DNA of 64,000 nucleotides from Escherichia coli 042 (GTDB lineage Bacteria; Pseudomonadota; Gammaproteobacteria; Enterobacterales; Enterobacteriaceae): NCBI RefSeq assembly GCF_000027125.1, contig NC_017627.1; one strand, 5' to 3'. Shown piece by piece: positions 1 to 8,236 of this stretch (position 1 is its first letter; each line of letters starts with the position of its first letter). The notes under the pieces were generated by a model. It saw only the letters and a program-made list of their open reading frames with translations, ran no database searches and was not told where the DNA came from. The position numbers and the translations under genes were made by a program.

Positions 1-12
1 GTGCAGGATGGT

Positions 13-870
13 GTGACTGATCTTCAACAAACGTATTACCGCCAGGTAAAGAACCCGAATCCGGTGTTTACACCCCGTGAAGGTGCAGGAACGCTGAAGT
101 TCTGCGAAAAACTGATGGAAAAGGCGGTGGGCTTCACCTCCCGTTTTGATTTCGCCATTCATGTGGCGCATGCCCGTTCCCGTGGTCTGCGTCGGCGCAT
201 GCCACCGGTGCTGCGTCGACGGGCTATTGATGCGCTGCTGCAGGGGCTGTGTTTCCACTATGACCCGCTGGCCAACCGCGTCCAGTGTTCCATCACCACA
301 CTGGCCATTGAGTGCGGACTGGCGACAGAGTCCGGTGCAGGAAAACTCTCCATCACCCGGGCCACCCGGGCCCTGACGTTCCTGTCAGAGCTGGGACTGA
401 TTACCTACCAGACGGAATATGACCCGCTTATCGGGTGCTACATTCCGACCGATATCACGTTCACACTGGCGCTGTTTGCCGCCCTTGATGTGTCTGAGGA
501 TGCAGTGGCAGCTGCGCGCCGCAGTCGTGTTGAATGGGAAAACAGACAGCGCAAAAAGCAGGGGCTGGATACCCTGGGTATGGATGAACTGATAGCGAAA
601 GCCTGGCGTTTTGTCCGTGAGCGTTTCCGCAGTTACCAGACAGAGCTTAAGTCCCGGGGAATAAAGCGTGCGCGTGCGCGTCGTGATGCGAACAGGGAAC
701 GTCAGGATATCGTCACCCTGGTGAAACGGCAGCTGACGCGTGAAATCTCGGAAGGGCGCTTTACTGCCAGTCGTGAGGCGGTAAAACGCGAAGTGGAGCG
801 TCGTGTGAAGGAGCGCATGATTCTGTCACGTAACCGTAATTACAGCCGGCTGGCCACAGCTTCCCCCTGA
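13..870 (+). CDS. repA: IncFII (RepFIIA) replication initiator RepA1
   Basis: The ORF 1..870 product matches RepA1 end to end ([26 protein letters not shown]...[12 protein letters not shown]). The canonical 285-aa form starts at GTG 13. The copA/tap control region lies left of the window. Confidence 0.9.
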   Translation: MTDLQQTYYRQVKNPNPVFTPREGAGTLKFCEKLMEKAVGFTSRFDFAIHVAHARSRGLRRRMPPVLRRRAIDALLQGLCFHYDPLANRVQCSITTLAIECGLATESGAGKLSITRATRALTFLSELGLITYQTEYDPLIGCYIPTDITFTLALFAALDVSEDAVAAARRSRVEWENRQRKKQGLDTLGMDELIAKAWRFVRERFRSYQTELKSRGIKRARARRDANRERQDIVTLVKRQLTREISEGRFTASREAVKREVERRVKERMILSRNRNYSRLATASP

Positions 871-984
871 AAGTGACCTCCTCAGAATAATCCGGCACGC
901 GCCGGAGGCATCCGCACGTCTGAAGCCCGCCAGTGAACAAAAAAACAGCACTACATCCCAAAAAAACAACCTCATCATCCACTG

Positions 985-1237
985 AAAAGGTGGGCACCTA
1001 CGTTACCAATACTGGCTTAATGGCTACATACGGCGGTCAGTTTACGCTTACCATCAGTGTCATGTCCAAACCAGACGGGTTAACGGCAGCAAAGAACCTT
1101 GCAGAAACGTTCGAGCATTATAACGAATGGCATCCGCATAGTGCGTTGGGTTATCGCTCGCCACGGGAATATCTACGGCAGCAGGCCAGTAATGGATTAA
1201 GTGATAACAGGTGTCTGGAAATATAGGGGCAAATCCA
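985..1237 (+). mobile_element. IS2-like (IS3 family) right-end fragment
   Basis: ORF 933..1226 ends ...[35 protein letters not shown], followed by the terminus GGGGCAAATCCA (complement TGGATTTGCCCCTATATTTCCAGACA, an IS2-type IR). The left boundary is approximate. Confidence 0.7.
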
Positions 1238-1263
1238 AAGGCCGTCTGGTGATAGCGGATCAA

Positions 1264-1305
1264 GAACAGCAATTAACTATTGCTATAATAATATCTATTA
1301 TTTTT
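1264..1305. repeat. Left arm of ~42-bp inverted repeat bracketing the ORF3-idi cassette
   Basis: GAACAGCAATTAACTATTGCTATAATAATATCTATT... recurs as a reverse complement at 3594..3635 with 1-2 mismatches. Confidence 0.8.
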
Positions 1306-1323
1306 TTTGTTTTGATTTATCAT
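1285..1323 (+). promoter_or_regulatory. Candidate AggR-dependent promoter of ORF3-idi
   Basis: ATAATAATATC (1285..1295), a 22-nt spacer, then TATCAT (1318..1323). This lies 74 nt upstream of the ORF3 ATG and fits the A/T-tract+TATC-N21/22 -10 layout I recall for AggR promoters. Confidence 0.45.
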
Positions 1324-1396
1324 TTAATTTTTTATAGATAAAATAACTTTTTGGTTTTTAATATAGTTTCATATGTAACGGAGTTCAAGGTAATAA

Positions 1397-2425
1397 ATGA
1401 AAGTAGTTTCTGATAGTTTTAATGACATGCATAAACGCCGTTATTTTAATGACACAATGGATATTATTAATTATAATCGAAAAACAATAAGATATACTGA
1501 CATAATTTTTTACTTTAGGACTCTGAAAGAAATTAGATTAAAATATCCATTCAAAGAATTAGAATCATTATTTGATCCTTTAAATATTTATCCTTTTTAC
1601 TATTTTATGCCATTTCTATTTATAAGTGATCTCCATGATAAAGGACAGTATATTGAAAGGATAAGGTACGTCGGTATTATATCAACGCTTATAGCTCGAA
1701 GAGCAATCCTCACAGACCTCTTTGTCGATGAACAGTACGAGCAACTAATTTCAAGAAACATGGGGGATTTAAAAAAAGAATATCTTGGGTATTATTTGCA
1801 AATAATAGATGTGGAAATTAATAATATTGCCTCAAAAATATTTATAGAGCCTGGTAGTTTCTATGCTTTTTATAATCGTCGTTTTAACGAGTATGTTAAC
1901 ACCATGTTAATGGAAAAGGATATTTCACCATTGATAGGCATGGATGAGAAGGCGTTTAAAAAGTACGCAGTTGGAAAATCTATACTGCATTTACTTGTTA
2001 GCGATATGGTTCTTTATATTATAAAAAAACAAGAGTTAACTCATCAGTTTGATAATATGATGAAAAGCTTTATTATGTATCTTACCCTTCAGGATGATGT
2101 TCTCGATATAATGGAAGACATACAAAAGCAGCAACCATCGCATTTCTATCCTTGGATTTCTGATGGTAAGATCATTGAAAGTTTTGATGAAAATGTTGAA
2201 AAAGCTGTGCTCCTTAAGTTTTATCTCGGTGGAGGTATTGAAAGATGCGAGGATCTTATTAATAAATATGTTGAAGATATCATTACTGCTGTAAAAAAAA
2301 CAAATCATCCTCTAAAATCATGGTTAGAAGTTATTGAAAGAATGTCATTAAAAACAAAAGACAAATTGGATTCATTTAAAGCAGTTAGAGATGAGTTACA
2401 TTTTTTTCTGTCACAACAGGGGTAA
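1397..2425 (+). CDS. Polyprenyl-diphosphate-synthase-like protein (class I isoprenoid synthase fold; EAEC cryptic ORF3)
   Basis: 342-aa ORF at ~27% GC. A second Asp-rich motif LTLQDDVLDIMED lies ~150 aa after a degenerate first motif FISDLHD. It is tightly coupled to idi (3-nt gap). Confidence 0.7.
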   Translation: MKVVSDSFNDMHKRRYFNDTMDIINYNRKTIRYTDIIFYFRTLKEIRLKYPFKELESLFDPLNIYPFYYFMPFLFISDLHDKGQYIERIRYVGIISTLIARRAILTDLFVDEQYEQLISRNMGDLKKEYLGYYLQIIDVEINNIASKIFIEPGSFYAFYNRRFNEYVNTMLMEKDISPLIGMDEKAFKKYAVGKSILHLLVSDMVLYIIKKQELTHQFDNMMKSFIMYLTLQDDVLDIMEDIQKQQPSHFYPWISDGKIIESFDENVEKAVLLKFYLGGGIERCEDLINKYVEDIITAVKKTNHPLKSWLEVIERMSLKTKDKLDSFKAVRDELHFFLSQQG

Positions 2426-2428
2426 TTT

Positions 2429-2968
2429 ATGGAGAATGTTATTTTAATTGACCATAATGATTGTGAAACGGGGATTGCCGAAAAATTATACACCCACAAA
2501 AAAGGTATTTTACATCGGGCTGTTTCTGTTTATATATGTAATAGCGATGGAAAATTATTGTTACAGCAAAGAGCACTTGGAAAATATCATTCTCCCGGCC
2601 TTTGGAGCAATACCTCTTGTACACATCCCTTCCCGGGAGAATCGAATTTATCTGCAGCTAACAGAAGATTAAGGGAGGAAATGGGGATAGAATGCCCCTT
2701 ATCTAAACTATTAAAGATCTACTATAATGTTTATGTCGGCGGTGATTTAACAGAACATGAGATTGCACATATTTTCTACGGTATTAGTGATGATGAACCA
2801 GTTTTAAATAGTTTGGAAGCTATGAGTTATAAATATGTTTCCTTGACAGAGTTAAGTTCTGAAATAAAATTCAATAACGATGCTTTTTCTCGTTGGTTCG
2901 TCTATTGTTTCCCATATATTAAAAATGCTTTCCTAAATGAGAGTAATTATACCAATTTATTGATTTAG
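2429..2968 (+). CDS. idi: Type 1 isopentenyl-diphosphate delta-isomerase (Nudix family; EAEC ORF4)
   Basis: 179 aa. Motifs match E. coli Idi: GILHRAVSVYI, WSNTSCTHPFPGES (catalytic Cys) and TEHEIAHIF (catalytic Glu region). Confidence 0.9.
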   Translation: MENVILIDHNDCETGIAEKLYTHKKGILHRAVSVYICNSDGKLLLQQRALGKYHSPGLWSNTSCTHPFPGESNLSAANRRLREEMGIECPLSKLLKIYYNVYVGGDLTEHEIAHIFYGISDDEPVLNSLEAMSYKYVSLTELSSEIKFNNDAFSRWFVYCFPYIKNAFLNESNYTNLLI

Positions 2969-3035
2969 TATATGATGGTGCATTTGAGGGTTATGTATTC
3001 AATTAGTTGAATTCTATATTCTGCCCGTGACGGTA

Positions 3036-3345
3036 ACACGGGGTCTTAAAGCTGTTTACTTGGCTCCAACCGAAGACGCTGTCCCTCAGGCACCGGAGAC
3101 GTTTGGAGGTGTATGGGAGCCGCGTTATCCGCAGGAGCTTCATAAGGTGATTCATACGACCATACCATTGAATCGCTGAACAGTGTGATCCGTCACTCAA
3201 TCAAGAAACACAGGGTGTTACCGATAGATGAGTTAGTAAAAAGCGGTGTCATCCAGGTAGCGTTACAGAAATGGGCCATACCCCTGAAGGGATGTCATCA
3301 TGGCGATGAGTCGCTTTCTTATCAATGACATCCATAGTGTCATTA
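3036..3345 (+). pseudogene. IS256-family (IS1414-like) transposase C-terminal fragment
   Basis: Translation TRGLKAVYLAPTEDAVPQAPETF...KVIHTTIPLNR*..MAMSRFLIN aligns with the C-terminus of the 32251..32862 transposase but has stops and deletions. Boundaries are approximate. Confidence 0.65.
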
Positions 3346-3391
3346 TAATAACGACATTTATGCATGCCATTGACATTGTCAGATACTATAT

Positions 3392-3544
3392 TTATGACCA
3401 AGAACTCCATGCAGGTCCATTGCTATTGATATCCTCCTGAGCCTCCCGTACAATATCTTTTATTAGGCTTAAATCCATATTTGAGGCTATTTTGATTATA
3501 TTATCAAAATCAGCATCTATTACACATGTAACTATATCAATCAT
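3392..3544 (-). CDS. Small acidic peptide, 50 aa (MIDIVTCVIDADFDNIIKIASNMDLSLIKDIVREAQEDINSNGPAWSSWS), unknown function
   Basis: Hand-translated; it falls below the 60-aa cut-off of the ORF track. ATG at 3544 is preceded by AAGGAGGTG with 7-nt spacing, and TAA is at 3392..3394. GC is ~31%, like ORF3/idi, and a candidate promoter lies at 3573..3611. Confidence 0.5.
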   Translation of the reverse strand: MIDIVTCVIDADFDNIIKIASNMDLSLIKDIVREAQEDINSNGPAWSSWS

Positions 3545-3572
3545 TATACACCTCCTTTTTCTAAACTTTTAC

Positions 3573-3611
3573 ATGCTAAAACAAAATAAATCAAAAAATA
3601 GATATTATTAT
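3573..3611 (-). promoter_or_regulatory. Candidate AggR-dependent promoter driving the 50-aa ORF
   Basis: On the minus strand: ATAATAATATC (3611..3601), a 22-nt spacer, then TAGCAT (3578..3573). This is the same -10 hexamer as upstream of aafD, about 28 nt before the ATG. Confidence 0.45.
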
Positions 3612-3635
3612 AGCAATAGTTGATTGCTGTTCTAA
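3594..3635. repeat. Right arm of ~42-bp inverted repeat bracketing the ORF3-idi cassette
   Basis: The reverse complement reads GAACAGCAATCAACTATTGCTATAATAATATCTATT..., matching 1264..1305. Confidence 0.8.
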
Positions 3636-3703
3636 CTGAACGCCACGTTCAACAACCTGTTTGACAGCTTCAACTTTAAACTCCTCAGGATAAAGCTTAC
3701 CAT
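3636..3703 (-). pseudogene. IS3-family orfA N-terminal fragment
   Basis: The minus-strand translation HGKLYPEEFKVEAVKQVVERGVQL resembles the HTH start of IS3-family OrfA proteins. It is short, with no start or stop. Confidence 0.35.
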
Positions 3704-3776
3704 GGGAATATCTACGGCAGCAGGCCAGTAATGGATTAAGTGATAACAGGTGTCTGGAAATATAGGGGCAAATCCA
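3704..3776 (+). mobile_element. IS2-like terminal 73 bp (direct repeat of 1165..1237)
   Basis: GGGAATATCTACGGCAGCAGGCCAGTAATGGATTAAGTGATAACAGGTGTCTGGAAATATAGGGGCAAATCCA is identical to 1165..1237. Confidence 0.8.
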
Positions 3777-4196
3777 CCGACCCCGTACTGCTCACGCAGC
3801 TTATCCAACTGTGGTATCATTTTTTCCAGAGGCGGTCGAACCTCGCCTTCGCAAAATAAGCGGAAGCCTGGCGAAGGATATCGTTACTGCGGCGCAGTTC
3901 ACGATTTTCACGCTCCAGCTCTTTCAGACGCTGACGTTCAGCAGTGGTGAGCCCGCCATCACCGCCCCCGGTATCCCGCTCATGCTGGCGAACCCAGACA
4001 CGCAGAGTCTCCGGTGTACAGCCAATCTTTGGGGCAATGGAACAAATTACCGCCCATTGTGAGTCATATTCGCCCTGACTTTCCAGAACCATACGAATCG
4101 CCCTCTGACGGACTTCGGGGGAAAACGAGTATTTTTAGTCATCCTGTTTACCTCTTTCTCTGGAAGTTTAGTCTCCAGGATTTCCGGGATGGTTCA
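3777..4196 (-). mobile_element. IS629-like (IS3 family) 5' portion with frameshifted orfA
   Basis: The IRL TGAACCATCCCGGAAATCCTGGAGACTAAACT ends at 4196. orfA (3817..4092 plus upstream MTKNTRF) is one base short relative to the IS629 copies. orfB is cut after [15 protein letters not shown] at the IS2-end junction. Confidence 0.8.
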
Positions 4197-4301
4197 GTTT
4201 ACGTATGTTTTGGCTGGTTGATACTGTTTTTGTCATGTGAGTCACCTCTGACTGAGAGTCTACTCATTTAGCCGCGTGTCCACTATTGCTGGGTAAGATC
4301 A
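4197..4301 (-). mobile_element. IS3 left-end fragment
   Basis: The reverse complement reads TGATCTTACCCAGCAATAGTGGACACGCGGCTAAATGAGTAGACTCTCAGTCAGAGGTGACTCACATGACAAAAACAGTATCAACC, which is the IS3 IRL plus the first orfA codons (MTKTVST). It is interrupted by the IS629-like end. Confidence 0.7.
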
Positions 4302-4408
4302 AATCATTAATATCTCTGCATAACGTGCAGGAGATGCTCCATAGCATTAACTACATATATTTATACTAAGTTTAGTCACACAGATTTCGATTATTATCAT
4401 AAACTTAT

Positions 4409-4446
4409 AGTTATATATCCCTTAGTTATTAATAGTTGGGTACATT
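4409..4446 (+). promoter_or_regulatory. Weak candidate AggR-type promoter of aatPABCD
   Basis: AGTTATATATC (4409..4419), a 21-nt spacer, then TACATT (4441..4446), 74 nt upstream of the aatP ATG. It is less convincing than the other sites. Confidence 0.25.
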
Positions 4447-4519
4447 ATATAGTGTTTCCAATAACTGTACATGTCTACTCCTGTAAGTGTGGCTGAGGAT
4501 TCTTGGGTTATCATTCAAC

Positions 4520-5650
4520 ATGACAACTTTGCACTATTATCTAAATGAGGCGCTCCTTAATATCATAGAAAATAGAAGGCAGAATTTTGCATTTCTTGTT
4601 TTTTTATCTCTTAGCTTTATAGGGATAATTATTACTGACTCTTTGATATACAGTGTTTCCTTAAAAGCCGAAGAAGAACTAAAAGTTCATAGTGACAAAG
4701 TAATATTTGTCAAATTATATCGACCTAAAACGGTAGGATATATAACGGAAAAATTCATTACGGTTAGTAAAGTTCTTTCTTTCTCGAAGAGCGCATTCCT
4801 CTATGTCAGCGATACACCTTTTTCCGGTGAACTATTTTCGGTGAACGGAATTGACAAGCTGGGATTAAATACGGAATATTCGGGGGATTTAAATGATAAG
4901 TACAATGGCAATGTTGCTATTGTTAATGAATCTAGTCCGTTTTTCAGTAAGAAACAAATATTTATTAATGGTGTTCCGTTTAAAATTATTGGTGTCCGAT
5001 TAAACTCAAAAACGGATTTTCTTGACAGCCTTGGATTGAAAGCAAGCCAATCAGATGAACACATTTTTATTCCACTGGAAACTATGTTTAAAGTGAAACT
5101 CGATAACAGAGTCAATGCTGTTAAAATCTTTCTTGATAACATAGTAACAAAGAGAGATATAAACAACGTAAAGAGAGTTTTATATGACAATGATATAAGA
5201 AAATTCGATATTGTCACATCTTTAAACGCCAAGGAAGCTGTGGACAGAGTGTTAGAGAGGTTTTCATTACTCACTAACTCTGTTTACGTGATATTAACTC
5301 TGTCTGCGTCCGTGACATGTTTTATTTTATCGAAACGCAGTTTTTATTCGAGACGGGTAGAGTTATCATTAAAAATAATCCATGGTACAGAAAAGAAAGA
5401 GATTACAGTTCTAATTATCATTGAGTCTTTAATAATGCTGAGCGTATGTCTTTTTATTTCAGTCATCTATGCAGGAGTAATAATGCATATTATTAAGTAT
5501 TTTTTAGATGTAACAATAAGTATTAGGACAACAATGATTACAATATCACTTGCCAATGTCCTATTGGTATTTATATCTGCAAATATCATTTTCGGCAGGC
5601 TATTTTTCAGTATAAACCCTGTTAATGCAATAAAAGGAAAGATCGAGTGA
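4520..5650 (+). CDS. aatP: AatP, MacB/FtsX-type permease of the dispersin (Aat) exporter
   Basis: The product from ATG 4520 (MTTLHYYLNEALLNIIENRRQ...) has an N-terminal TM, a large periplasmic domain and three C-terminal TMs. It is the first gene of the aatPABCD order known from pAA plasmids. Confidence 0.9.
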   Translation: MTTLHYYLNEALLNIIENRRQNFAFLVFLSLSFIGIIITDSLIYSVSLKAEEELKVHSDKVIFVKLYRPKTVGYITEKFITVSKVLSFSKSAFLYVSDTPFSGELFSVNGIDKLGLNTEYSGDLNDKYNGNVAIVNESSPFFSKKQIFINGVPFKIIGVRLNSKTDFLDSLGLKASQSDEHIFIPLETMFKVKLDNRVNAVKIFLDNIVTKRDINNVKRVLYDNDIRKFDIVTSLNAKEAVDRVLERFSLLTNSVYVILTLSASVTCFILSKRSFYSRRVELSLKIIHGTEKKEITVLIIIESLIMLSVCLFISVIYAGVIMHIIKYFLDVTISIRTTMITISLANVLLVFISANIIFGRLFFSINPVNAIKGKIE

Positions 5651-6885
5651 GACACATATTATACTCATTTCTTGCAATAAATGCTTATCTGTTTTCGACA
5701 CAGACTCTGGCAAAAGACTGTATCATTGATAATTTCTTTCAGAAAAGCATCCAGTTTAATTCTTATTCTCTTGATATCGAAGAGTTGGATATTAATAAAC
5801 ATAACAATATAAAAACGATGTTACCAGATATAAATATAGGGTTAGGGCAGTATATAAACAACAATCAGTGGTTCTCATCTATTACAGACAGCAATTTTTA
5901 TTTATCATTATCCTATAATCTTCTATCGGCTTATGAAGCAAAAATGCAGAATGATAAATTGGATATTGCTAATTATTTAAAATATATTGAAATGCTTAGT
6001 GAGAGAAACAACTATATAATTAATTTGTTCTCGGAAATCATTAACTATAAGATAAAAAAATCTCACCTGATGTTGATGCTCGAGAGATATAGAAAGCTTA
6101 ATAAAGAATACGAAATTGCAAAGCGTAAAATGTCAATTGGATTAATATCTGTTCTTGATGTAGAGATGAGATATAATATATTACAAAAAATCAGGTTTGA
6201 TATTGATGTACTTGAGGAGGAGGAAAGTTTACTGTCAGATAAAATCTCGAGAGAATATCATGTTCCAGAGAGTGCAATCCCAGACATTACATATCATAAA
6301 TTAAAAGAGTGTAAAACAGCGGATTTCTATACATTATTAGCTGAAAACAAAAAACTCAAGATTAAGGCTGCTGATATAGATAATGATATAAGAAAACTAT
6401 CGGAGATCCCATCTTTTTATTTATCATTTGGATTAACACCTAAACAGGGAGGTGCATTGGGTAATATGAGTCTCAGAAAAATGGATTATAGTGCTAGTCT
6501 GGGTATCAGTTTTCCTTTGATGGGATTATTTAGTTCTTCAGAAAATCAAAAAGAAAAGATTATTTCTATATCTCGAACCAGAAATGAATTATTGAAAGAA
6601 AATATAAAACTAGATCTGTTGGAAAAAGAGATTCGCCAGAAAATTGATAAATTAGAGAAAAATCTTGCGATGATGAAAAATGAACTAGCTCTGAAAAAAA
6701 GGAAAATTGAGTATATAAATTATCGCGTAAAGAATGGACAAGACGACGTTATCACTTATTTGTCTAGTGTAGAGAATTTACATGAAACAGAAAATGAATT
6801 TCAGAAAATTGGATATGAGATTGAATATTATAGTTTATATCATTATTTTCTTCTGCAGCACATTTCCAATACAGGGGAAATGTGA
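5647..6885 (+). CDS. aatA: AatA, TolC-like outer-membrane channel of the Aat system
   Basis: 412 aa with signal peptide MRHILYSFLAINAYLFSTQTLA and a coiled-coil-rich TolC-like sequence. It overlaps the aatP stop by 4 nt. Confidence 0.9.
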   Translation: MRHILYSFLAINAYLFSTQTLAKDCIIDNFFQKSIQFNSYSLDIEELDINKHNNIKTMLPDINIGLGQYINNNQWFSSITDSNFYLSLSYNLLSAYEAKMQNDKLDIANYLKYIEMLSERNNYIINLFSEIINYKIKKSHLMLMLERYRKLNKEYEIAKRKMSIGLISVLDVEMRYNILQKIRFDIDVLEEEESLLSDKISREYHVPESAIPDITYHKLKECKTADFYTLLAENKKLKIKAADIDNDIRKLSEIPSFYLSFGLTPKQGGALGNMSLRKMDYSASLGISFPLMGLFSSSENQKEKIISISRTRNELLKENIKLDLLEKEIRQKIDKLEKNLAMMKNELALKKRKIEYINYRVKNGQDDVITYLSSVENLHETENEFQKIGYEIEYYSLYHYFLLQHISNTGEM

Positions 6886-7603
6886 TAACTACTATGGTGT
6901 TCTACATGGAAATAAAAACGTAAAATATAAGAGTCCTTTTGCAGGGGTTGTAATACTTGAGGACATGATTGAAGGTAATGTGGTCACTGTGGAAAGGAAG
7001 CTATTTTCTGTCCTGAATCATGAGTATACTGCAAAGAAAGATATTGTGGCCATGAAAAGAAATATGGAAGAGAAAAAACTATCTAGATTAAAAGGAGCAA
7101 AGATACATTTAACCTCTATGTTCTCAAAAGGGTTAATTTCAAGAGAAAGCTTGCATGATATAGATGAGAAAATCAGCAATACTGAATTGACTATTATGGG
7201 ACTGGACATAGAGTCAAAGAATCTGGAACAACTATTAAAGTTGTCATCACCATTTTTGCATACTCCTTTCATTATTCGAAATATCTTCGTAACAAATGAG
7301 CAGTATGTAAATGCAGGCGATGATATAATGTCTGTAGAACTTCTGGATAATTTTTATATAGATGTTAAATTCGATCCGGTCAGTATAACAGGAAATATAA
7401 GAGACAAGAGAATAAGGTATCGTTCTTTGGTTAATTCTCTAATGGGGTCTGCAACAGTAGTCAAAAATATCCGTGCCAGTGGAGAATCAACTCAAGGTGA
7501 AGATACATCAGGTCTGCGCTCTATTACGCTGTTAATTGATGGGGACCGGAATGAATTGTCGAATCTATTAGATACTGCGTTTGAGATTATAATAGATGAT
7601 TAG
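6782..7603 (+). CDS. aatB: AatB, periplasmic adaptor-like component of the Aat system
   Basis: 273-aa ORF with an N-terminal hydrophobic segment and a lipoyl/barrel-sandwich-like segment (YKSPFAGVVILEDMIEGNVV). The start is uncertain (6782 or ATG 6815); either overlaps the aatA 3' end. Confidence 0.8.
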   Translation: MKQKMNFRKLDMRLNIIVYIIIFFCSTFPIQGKCDNYYGVLHGNKNVKYKSPFAGVVILEDMIEGNVVTVERKLFSVLNHEYTAKKDIVAMKRNMEEKKLSRLKGAKIHLTSMFSKGLISRESLHDIDEKISNTELTIMGLDIESKNLEQLLKLSSPFLHTPFIIRNIFVTNEQYVNAGDDIMSVELLDNFYIDVKFDPVSITGNIRDKRIRYRSLVNSLMGSATVVKNIRASGESTQGEDTSGLRSITLLIDGDRNELSNLLDTAFEIIIDD

Positions 7604-8225
7604 AGTAAAAATACATAAAAAACCTATAGAAAACAGAACTATCCTGAATAATAGCACTATTGAGATAAAAGAGGGATCGTTCAATATTATTACTGGCCCG
7701 TCTGGAGTTGGAAAGACTTCACTGCTTAACATTATTGGTCTATTAGATAATGCCTTTGTTGGAGAGTATGAACTTTTCGGTAAAAAAGTGGAAATAAAAG
7801 ATAATAGCATCACTACATATATCAGAAGAAAATATTTTGGATTCATCTTTCAGGATTCTCTGATTAATGTAAAGCAAAATGTCTTAAGAAATATACTATG
7901 TTCTGTAGATTCTCAAAACATAATAGCCGCAAGGGAAAGAATTAATGAAGTCTTGGTGTCTGTTGGATTGTCAAATATTAATAATAATGTATCATTTCTC
8001 TCCGGGGGAGAAAAACAAAGACTAGCACTTGCTAGGGCATTGATAAAAAAACCCAGTATACTTTTAGCAGATGAACCTACTGCTAGTCTAGATATAAAGA
8101 ATAAAAAATTAGTGATGAATATACTATCTGAATACAATAATCAAGGAGGAACAGTCGTTATGGTAACTCATGATCTTGAACTAATCGATGAGAATATGAC
8201 TTTAATCCAACTATTAAATACATAG
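7596..8225 (+). CDS. aatC: AatC, ABC ATPase of the Aat system
   Basis: Walker A GPSGVGKTS, ABC signature LSGGEKQR and Walker B ILLADEPT. Confidence 0.92.
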   Translation: MIRVKIHKKPIENRTILNNSTIEIKEGSFNIITGPSGVGKTSLLNIIGLLDNAFVGEYELFGKKVEIKDNSITTYIRRKYFGFIFQDSLINVKQNVLRNILCSVDSQNIIAARERINEVLVSVGLSNINNNVSFLSGGEKQRLALARALIKKPSILLADEPTASLDIKNKKLVMNILSEYNNQGGTVVMVTHDLELIDENMTLIQLLNT

Positions 8226-8236
8226 GCTTACAGTTT

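Noticed and set aside
933-1226. 97-aa ORF starting in the repA-downstream region.
   Set aside because: It is a chimeric reading frame that runs from ori-spacer DNA into the IS2-like transposase tail. ORFs 37744..38088 and 12310..12543 are the same kind of artefact, reading across IS or rearrangement junctions.
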